Positions 54,501 through 64,000 of a stretch of 64,000 bases of DNA are shown piece by piece; within the stretch, counting starts at the first letter, position 1; every line of letters starts with the position of its first letter. The DNA comes from Auanema rhodensis (lineage: Eukaryota > Animalia > Nematoda): the NCBI GenBank assembly GCA_964057225.1, contig OZ059894.1, positions 9,982,001 to 10,046,000 of the forward strand. The letters run 5' to 3'. Under the pieces are notes generated by a model. It ran no database searches. It saw only the letters and a list, made by a program, of their open reading frames with translations, and had not been told where the DNA came from. The position numbers and the translations under genes are program-made.

Positions 54501-56105
54501 ATGGCTCTTAATGTCAACCGTTCGGTCACTGACCCCTTCTACCGTTACAAAATGCCTAAATTGCAGGCTAAGGTAAGATTTCTGTAGCTCGTAAGTTTAT
54601 ATCATGTTTTCCTGTAGGTTGAAGGAAAAGGAAACGGAATCAAAACTGTTATTGCCAATATGACTGAGATAGCCAAATCTCTTGAACGTCCTCCAATGTG
54701 TACGCGACCAGAATTTTGAACTGAATAATTGACAATCAACATTACAGATCCTACCAAGTACTTTGGTTGTGAATTAGGAGCTCAGACCAATTTTGATGCT
54801 AAAAATGAAAGATACATCGTTAATGGTGAACATGATGCACACAAGTTGCAAGATATCCTTGATGGTTTTATCAAAAAGTTTGTTCTCTGCCCATCATGTG
54901 ATAACCCTGAAACCGCATTGGTAAATCATTTCCATATTTCGAAAACCTCTAGGGTTCCTGTTTTAGTCTGTTCGCCGCAACTTGATTAACAGCAAATGTA
55001 AAGCTTGTGGTCACAACTTCACCATTGATAACAAGCACAAGTTGCACACATACATCATTCGCAATCCTCCTAAGGTTGAGATTGATTTCTGTAAGTTTGT
55101 TTAACTCTCAAAGCCAACTTGAATAATCAAATACGTTTTAAGCCAAAGCTAAGGAGAATGGCTGCACTAAGGAGAAGGAAAATAGCGAAGGAAATGATGA
55201 CAGAGTAAGACTATTAATGGCTGATGAAGGATGTAACTAATTTCTTTTATAGAGTTCTAATGATGATGATGAGGATGATGAGGATTGGTCTCCTGAACCT
55301 GTTGAAGAAGTAACCAAGCTTTCCGCTGGTATTGGAAAGCTGGTCATTGACAAAGATTTGGATAAAAGTTTGGAGGAACGCCTTGACATGCTACATCAAT
55401 TTGTCATCCAGAAGAAAGAAGAAAATGATATTGGGGATGGAAAGGTAACCTAATATCGGATTCTATAGTAATTTCGCATTTAAGATTCTGGCTGATGAAG
55501 CTGAGCGATTGGAATTGAAACAAAAGGCAGGTACTGTGATGGTTCATGGGCTCTTAGACGAAAATATCTTGACCGAGAAGCAATTGGAGAAATATCGCAA
55601 TCCATTCTTGAGAATCACACTCAATGATAAGAAGGTACGAAACATATTTTAATATTCTAGTAATCCAGTTCTTGTTTCAGGCTCAAAGATACTTCCTTGG
55701 AGGTATTGAGCAACTTATCATCAAGCACGAGAATGATTTGTTCCCAAGAACTGCCCACATCATTAAGGCTATATATGATAACGATATTGTCGACGAAGAA
55801 GTTTTGATCGCTTGGGGTGAAAAGCCGTCATCCAAGTATGTGTCTAAGAAAGATGCCAAAAGGATTATTGATAAATCGGAAAAAGTCTTGACTTGGCTTA
55901 AAGAAGCTTCGGAAGAAGAAGAGTCGGACGAAGAGGATGAAGAAAATGTTGTTGTAAGTCCATATTTTCGTGCCTCTTTTTCAAATTCACTTTTCAGTTC
56001 GATGATCGTCAGCCACATAGAGCAACTGTCATTCAACCTAAGATTGCTGAAACAATCATTGTTGAAGATGGAGACGGCACTGAAGTTAACATTGATGATA
56101 TTTGA
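54501..56105 (+). CDS. EIF5: Eukaryotic translation initiation factor 5 (copy 2)
   Basis: Coding sequence appears identical to copy 1. Confidence 0.95.
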
Positions 56106-56448
56106 ATTTTTTTAAACATTATTATAATCACAAACTTACTGAATCCTATGTTGAGGCCTCCATGTGAGCCCTTGTTTCTAACTTTGAACTATAATCGCCA
56201 TCTAATAGAGCATTGATTCTTACTGGAATCTAGCTAATTTGAAGTTATTCTGAGCGGCTATAGTGTTTTTATAAAACTACAATTTGTTGTCCTCCTCTAT
56301 AGTTTTTCTTGAAGTGTTCTCTTTTGTATCGTATTTGAATCTTTTTAAGTAAATCATTATTTTCAGTTGCTTATATCGTTGTTTGGGTTTTTACTATGAC
56401 AGAATATTTTATAATATGATAAAACAACATTATATAGTTGTTTTAGCT

Positions 56449-58328
56449 ATGGGAACCAGAAGAATATCAACTAGGCATGGGGATTTCACATTGTTTTTTA
56501 CTAGACAGAGTCCATTTTCAAATTTTTATCCAGTTCGCTTTGATGTCGAGTATTTTTCTGATTACAAGGGCGGACACTTTTCCAGCGTAGAACAGTATTA
56601 CATGCAAGTTTTCATAATTAATTTAAATCTGAATATATTGATCCATGTTTTTAAGGTATAATAAGGCTTTGTCATTTGGATGTACAGAGGAAGCAGAAAA
56701 TATTTTGAAAGAAAAAGATCCCAGACAAGCTAAAATCATAGGAGCCAGCTTACCTTACTTCGATAAAGAAAAGTGAGACCTTCAAGGTAAAAACACATAA
56801 CACACAGTGTTATGTAGATGGGACAAACTGAGTGCAAAGATAATGAAGAATGGCTTAAAAGCCAAATTCTCTCAAAACGATGATTTATTGTATCTTCTGT
56901 TTCTTACAAAAGGTTCGCAACTTGTAGAGTGTTCACCCACTGATAACGTATGGGGCATAGGTATGCGTTCATATTGAATTATTTGGAAACAATTCATTGT
57001 TAAAGGTATGTCCATCGATGATCCAGACGCTGGAAATCCGAATCGCTGGAAAGGAACGAACAGATTAGGAGTTTTGATGAGTGAGATTAGAGATAGTCTG
57101 TGGGATGAGGAACGACATAGGTAATGGTCACACAATAATATTCTTACTTGAAAAACAGAAGAATTCGGGAAAAGGCAGAAATTAAAATATATCAAAGTCA
57201 TGACTTGGCTGAAGCATTCCATTTGAATGTTTTGAATTTAACTCGGTGTGTTATACCTGGATTTTGGGTTTGAATGTTGATTTTGAGGCGAAACGAAAAA
57301 TATTACCGAAGTTTAAGAAAATACGACGACTCCAGCCATAGAAGCAGTAGTATAAAGGTTATCCCTATGTTATTCAGCTTCGTATTTAAGTTCTCGGTAA
57401 AATGAGGTGGCGATCTCGACATGATAGCAAATCGAAATCTCCGAAAAGGACCCGATGTATTTTGTGGGATTGATGTCAGATTGCTTAATATATAGTATTT
57501 CAGTTTCAAGCCCTTATGGTTCAATTCAAAGCCCCCCTAGGAATAGTCGCTGGCCTATCAGAGACCGCCAGCACGGAAGGAAAAGGCATAGATCAGGTTT
57601 ATTATATATCCTATTCTTAGCCGTTGCCTGTATTTCAGCCAAGTTTTTCGATTTCAGATTCCCCATCGCCATCCTACAGAGACAGAAAATCTGAACATAA
57701 ACGTGTTTCGAGAAATCATGATGTTTTTCAACCAGTAAAGAATATGCTCAGTTTCCAACATCCCGATCTTCTTTTCTTAGGATGGCTCACACGAAAAAGA
57801 AAACACAGTTACGAATTCAAATGTTCAGAAGGATGCTGGCGATCTGGATATCAAGCAATCCTCAAAGACTCCGGCTGGAAACAAGGTTTGTGGAATTATC
57901 TAAGCACTGTTTTAAAGGGTTTCATCAGAACAAAAGAGAACCTATCGTATGGGATATAAACAGCAATTCTAACGATAATATTAAAGTTGTGGAAATCTTC
58001 AGTTTGAAAAGACAACATAACACATCATTTTCTGTTTGTTCTGGGAAGATTAATAAGAAAAAGGTCATCAGAAATGATCAGATTTTCATCGAAAAGTTGG
58101 CCTAGAGATTTCGATTGGATCTCTTATATTAACTACTCTCATTTTAGCAAAAAGAAAGCTGATAATGAACCAAAGATTCTTGCGTTATCAACGATAAATG
58201 ATAAGACAGCCCCAGTGGGTTTTACAAATTTTGTGAGGTAACTCAAGCTCAAACTTCAGATTGATAACTTATTGAACCGCATGAGGACATTGGTTTGGGG
58301 AAAAAGAACTTCGAAAATTACCAAATGA
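56449..58328 (+). CDS. NADAR/YbiA-family protein with RS-rich tail (copy 2)
   Basis: Appears identical to 51160-53039. Confidence 0.85.
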
Positions 58329-58819
58329 CAGAAATAGAATATTTATATGATCTCAGCTTATAGATCTTCATACCTCATATTCTCAGATGTTTAATAGATT
58401 TTATCCTCCCTGTCTCAATCACAAACTGTATCTGCTTTGCATGAATTTTGAAGAAAACTCATTGAAATTCGAACAACCGATTTTTCAATTATTATGTATA
58501 AAAATGACGAGCTAGCGTATGCTAATTTTTCAAAAGTCATTGCTGTATTTTAACGTTTTGAATCAAATTAAATAAGTTTAAAAAATATATTATATTTTAT
58601 TTATGAAAAAAAGAAGAGATTTTTAATGTCTGAGACAAACCACCGAAAATGCTACCCTTAGAGTACATCTGAGTGCGAAATAAAGCACAAAATTTTCTAC
58701 AAGGAAACCAAAAGAAATTATGCTTCAAAACATGAAATCGGCGAAAAATATTGAATATAATTGATAGTTTTGAAAAGCTTGACCTACAATGTAGAAAATA
58801 TTAAATAAAACCAAACAAA

Positions 58820-61800
58820 TTAAACGGATGTCCAGTTGAATGGAGCGAGAAGCAAAGATATAGCTTGCATTAGTAACCATCCATAGATCTGAAAAATGTA
58901 CAGGTGTTCCTAATGATTTAGGTGCTCACTCACCTTATATTGAACATAGAATGATCCAAACCAGAAGATATACTGTCCGATAATTTTTGCTAAGGAAAAG
59001 TTTATTCTCTGTCCTTTTTCTCCTGGTTGGAACTCTCCATTTGCATAATAATTGGCTGAAAATTAAAAGTTAGTTGTTTTGTAATTTCGAATTCTCTTAT
59101 CAAAAAGTCCGAAGGTTGGACCTGATTGTAAAGACGAAACTGCCATCTTATCGTTTATGTTAGAAGATAAGTAATTTGTGCGAACCTTTGACACTACCCA
59201 TAATCCTCCCACTCTTTGCCCAAAAAAAAACTTAGTAAAACTTAGAACTGAGAAACGGTTTGTATTTTTTGTGTAATAAATATATGAAATCAAAGTACAC
59301 ATAAGAAACATTATGTGATAATTTCATCAATGATCGTTGCTCTAATTCCTATCAACAAAACCCAAAACGAAAGTGTTTTCTCAATTCGCTAATCGCTTTT
59401 CTCGCATTTCTCTGTATTGATTCCGTTTCTATAAATTACCTAGCATTTCATCCTTCTCTTTATAGACGTTATACATCCAGTCTCGTAACTTTTCTTCATC
59501 GTGGAATGGGACCTAGAAAAAATGTGAGTTAATTGTTTTGTGCTTAGTTTTTAATTGTTTAAAACCAAATAATTCAGCTCATAATTTTCTCTATTCTTGC
59601 TAGTTGTTTTGTTTACTTTTTCGCAATTTTAACCGCAAAAGCAATTTTGATTAATAAAACTATTTTCTGATTGCTTTCAAATTTTAGTCACATATATGAG
59701 TTTTCTCTTGACATTCCTCTGCTAGTTGAAAAACCTTACACTATGTTTTCCAAGTCCCCTTGGATAAACATATAGTAAGGTTTTTAGAGTTTGTAGAGTA
59801 TTCGTCTGCCAAGACTTGTTCAAAAGAAGAATGTGCATTGAAATACGTACACTACGCTTCAGCAACGTCACTCGTTGGAGGTGACTCTCTCATGTTGACC
59901 TCTAACTTTTCAAGATCATTTCATTTTAGTCATATCTTATAAATTACTTTCTTGTGATGTTTACGAGATTGAATATGTTAGAATTCTAGTTTCTTGAAAA
60001 AACGAACAAACTTACTTCACTTGCATCATACATCTTATAGTTCACAGCTATGTCACATTTTTCTCGACTTCCAAATCCAAGTGTAGCTAAACTTAAAGGA
60101 ATACCATTTGGATAGGCAATTGTCATGTCCAATATATACTTGATAGGTGGACGAGATTCTGTAAAAAGTCACAAAATCAGCAAATTAGTTGTTATCGTTT
60201 CGAATTCTTGTTGATGCTTGAAACCGTTCTGCTTGAGGTTAACAAACATGTTAGAATGGTTTGAACGTTCTTACTACTACTAGAATACTACTTTTAGTAA
60301 AGTGAGACCAGATCGTCATATATATTCCTTTAATGATTTAATCTGCCATATAAAGAGTTGAGGATCGTGGAAACCTCTTCTTTCATAAAATCTTTGTAAT
60401 CTCATTTCCTTGCTTTCTAATTTAGGCTCATTTCAGAGTATGACTCGATTGCTGGGCATCGAGTTGGCCCCCCTTAATGTTCCTTTTGAGAGGAGATTAC
60501 AAACTCTGGGAGCTATTCATTTCTTCTTCATATCTTTAATTCTACCAGTTTTTACGTTTATTTTGTTTTTCCTATTGGTATGTTCAAGGCATTTTCAATA
60601 TTTCTTTCACAAAATATATCTAGTTATGGACACCATTATGGCCATTAATGATATTATATAGTCTATGGTTAGTATACGATTGGGATAGCCCGAAAAGGGG
60701 AGGATATAGAAGTGAATGGTTCATGAACCAGCGTATACATAAATGGTACGCCAACTATTTCCCAGCTAAATTGCATAAGACAGAAGCTTTGGACCCCGAA
60801 AAAGTAAGTGAAATATTTTTCTGATAACGAATAATAGTTTTAGAATTATATTATTGGATATCATCCTCATGGCATCATTTCTATGTCAGCTTTCATTAAT
60901 TTTGCCACTAATGGAACAGGAATTCTTGAAAACTTTCCTAATATCAAGTTCCATCTATGCACTCTGGTAGGACAGTTTTGGACGCCATTCAGGTACAAGA
61001 ATTGAATCATGCAACGAAAATAAACAAAAGGTTCAGAAGAGAATGGGGTCTCCTACACGGTATGATTGATTGTAGCAGAGAAAGCATTAACTATTTGATC
61101 AATAAGAAGAACAAGGTTCGAAATTTTGCCTTATCAGCAGAAAATAAATTTTAACATTCAGGGAAATGCAGTAGTTCTCGTCGTTGGCGGTGCTGAGGAA
61201 GCTTTAGATGCCCACCCCGGCCATAATATTTTAACTTTAAACCGTAGAAAGGGGTTCATTAGATTAGCTTTGCAAACTGGAGCACATCTTGTACCATGCT
61301 ACTCCTTCGGAGAAAATGATCTTTATGAGCAGGTCAGCTTTCTAGGAAATAGACATATAGCTTTTTGTTCTAGGCCGACAACCCAAAAGGCTCAAAAATA
61401 AGAAAAATTCAAACATTTTTGAAAGATTTGCTTGGTTTCTCTCCCCCAGCGTTCCATGGAAGAGGAGTTTTCAATTACACCATTGGAATGCTTCCTTACA
61501 GGTGGGAATGAGAATAGAAAATGGATTATGAGCTAAAGCCTTTGTAGAAAACCAATTAACACAGTGCTAGGAGCTCCAATAGCTGTTGAGCAAGTTGAAA
61601 ACCCAAGTGCAGAGCAAGTGGATGCGCTACATTCCAAATATGTCACTGCTTTACAACAATTATTTGATTTGAAAAAAACTGAATTCGGAGTACAGCCTCA
61701 AGCCCAACTAGTCATTCACTGAATTGAGTCTAGAACTGTTAAAATATCATTTAACAGGGTAGATGATATCATCATAGAAGTAACATACGAGTCTAAATCT

Positions 61801-63445
61801 ATAGTGCGAAATAGTCGATCTCTTTTTTTGAAAATTTTTATATATTAATAAAGATGTTTTAACTTACCTTTTACATATTTCTTCTCACGTATAGCCCCAA
61901 CAGTATCTTTTAGCAATTTTAATTTGCTGTGACTACGCTCACGTGGACCTTCATTCTCTTCCTCACGAGGTCCAACCTAAAAAGGTTCATATGATTCGAT
62001 AAAAGATTATATTTTTATTTTTCTGGAGGCCTGTCACGATCCCGTGTGTTATGACAAATTGAAAATAGAGTGTTCTTCCATTTTAACAGCGCTCTGTTTT
62101 GACTGTTAATCACAAATTACGCAGAGTAAGAAGTGTTTCTAGTTATGAGCGATGTGTTATCGAATAATCAAAATATCGAGTTGATTTTTATAATCTCACA
62201 GCCCCTCCTCTCATCTCTATCTCTGAAGTTGAAATTTACAAAAAAAGTCAAAGGGAACCCATTCAAAAGATGGTTTTCGTAAAAATAAAGATGATAAAGA
62301 CCATAAACATGATAAGCTTATCACGATGCTCTTTTGACTGATCGAAAAAGTGAAAAAAAATTTCTTTATCATGTTTCTATAAATGATTTTTTTAAAATTT
62401 AAAACCTCTTCCAAAATAGCTTGAACAGCGCCTTGACGTGGTAAAGTTGTATAAATTAAATGGGGGAAGCCATGTTCTTTTCCATATCTGGAAAGATTTT
62501 TCATTATCTAAATCGTATTAAATCGGATTATTTTACCTTTGACTACTTTCTATGCGTTTGTAATAGAAACCTCCTTCTGGGAATAAAATAACCCAACGAC
62601 GATCGCGATCCCAAAACACTTCACGAAGATGCTTCTTCAAACTAAACAAGAAAACCTTATATCAAAATTTGAAGCTCATAAAGTGCAAACCGAATAATTT
62701 CTTTATCTCTAGTAGCTTTTCCTTGTTGAATAAAATAGTCGCCATGACTGTTCCCGATAATACCGAAAGGAGTCCAACGAAACATAATATCCATTAGCCA
62801 TAGAGTCTGAAAATAACAATAATGCACATAATAAGTACTAAGTATCGTTTCAAACCTTGCGACTTGCAACTCCTTTGCTCTGGAGACAAGCCATAAGAGT
62901 TGGTACATCAGCTGTACTTTGATGGTTACACATCAGTACTACTCTTTCTTCACTATAGTAGGTTTTAACATCGTCTCCATATTCATAAACTAGAAAATAC
63001 AAAATTCAAAGCAAAACATAAGCAACAACACAAACCATCATAACCTGCTGTAAATCCCCAAGAAGCTATGAAACTTTGCAACCATCTATATAATTTTCCT
63101 TCAACGAACCAATATAATCTAGGCCTGCAAACAAAAACATATTGATTCCAAGCTGAATATGAAGTAAATTTACCAAACAGTTCTAGCCCACATTACTGGT
63201 ATCAAATATCCAAAATAAGTTAAGAAAAAAATAGTTACTAAGGATAAGCATAACACTGTTCTAAAATATACAAATTAAAAGTATAAAAGCTAAAAGTCTA
63301 ACCGAAAAGGTATTTTTATTAACCATAAAATTTTCTCAAAAGTCGTCGTACTAGGAGACCTGAGCACAGGCCTCGAGCCCGGGGGCCTATCTTTTATAGG
63401 ACCCGAGGCTTTTTTTAATAATTCCGCAGTTTGTTCGTCACACAT
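58820..63445 (-). CDS. LPGAT1: Lysophosphatidylglycerol acyltransferase LPGAT1-like (acl-12/13/14 family)
   Basis: PlsC motifs [42 protein letters not shown] and [13 protein letters not shown]. Exons at 63445-62406 and 61977-61868, then 60158-58820 after a 1.7-kb intron. Confidence 0.88.
60440..61722 (+). CDS. DGAT2/MOGAT-family acyltransferase, nested antisense in an LPGAT1 intron
   Basis: [78 protein letters not shown]. Confidence 0.92.
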
Positions 63446-64000
63446 CTCAACAAAAGCAAAGATAATTAAAGTTTAATTTAAGTAATTTGAACAATTTGAT
63501 ATGGCGAAATACATTGACATAAAATAAACAATTATTTTCATCAAACAACAAAGACATCACATCTCAAATTTTTTAGAAAGGAACTTGTACATAACAGCGT
63601 TTTCTTTTCAATTACTCAATCGATGAAAATTAAGTTGGAAGAGCAGAAATTAAAATTGCAGTGGGCATAATTACCAAAAATAACTGTGATGTCAAGGTAG
63701 GGGGGGTATGCTGTTGATCTAGTTTTTGAAATGCCTTGACTATTATAAAAACCATAGAATAATCGAAGACAGATAGTGTTTGGGTCCAAAGATAAATTAT
63801 AGTGCTTAACCGGAAATAGAATAGGTCTATATAAGAACAGACGCTGGATTACGGAAAGGATAAAATAACAAAGACATACATATATAGTAAATTAATAAAT
63901 CGCACTGCGAAACGAAAGAAAAAACGAGAAGCAGAACGGCAATACTAGAGATGTTATGAAATAGTTAATAATATAACTTATAGCTTAGTGGGTGAGTGTA

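Larger units (their letters stand above)
53993..58433 (+). repeat. Tandem segmental duplication, copy 2
   Basis: Near-identical to 48704-53144. Confidence 0.95.

Noticed and set aside
59760-59942. 60-aa ORF / possible cassette exon in a 500-nt LPGAT1 intron
   Set aside because: No recognisable product; weak splice sites and an early stop on the host strand.
63350-63410. GC-rich hairpin followed by CTAG (Helitron 3'-end-like)
   Set aside because: It lies in the open first coding exon of LPGAT1 ([21 protein letters not shown]), which explains the GC content.

Overview
AT-rich, gene-dense eukaryotic DNA, very probably a rhabditid (clade V) nematode: introns are mostly ~40-55 nt with TTTCAG/TTTTAG acceptors, genes are spaced like operons, and the U4 snRNA resembles the C. 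elegans one. Genes read by manual splicing, left to right: KANSL3/SUMV-2-like (-), ADCK1 (+), alpha-catenin hmp-1 (-), AANAT-like GNAT (+) with a U4 snRNA gene in intron 1, DUF1757-like and BMS1 (-), ZNHIT6-GTF3C3-POLR3H (+), two small candidate secreted-protein genes, alpha-actinin atn-1 (+) with mutually exclusive exons, a near-perfect 4.44-kb tandem duplication of an eIF5 + NADAR(RS-tail) unit, and an LPGAT1/acl-type acyltransferase (-) with a DGAT2/MOGAT gene (+) nested in one intron. The most notable signals are: (i) a spliced eIF5 uORF with two in-frame poor-context AUGs and a probable GC-AG intron; (ii) homogenisation of the duplicate that matches the eIF5-NADAR transcription unit while the flanks have decayed; (iii) a NADAR domain fused to an SR-like tail; (iv) an unexplained GC-rich structured island upstream of eIF5. 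All family assignments come from remembered motifs, not database searches. Exon boundaries were inferred by eye.
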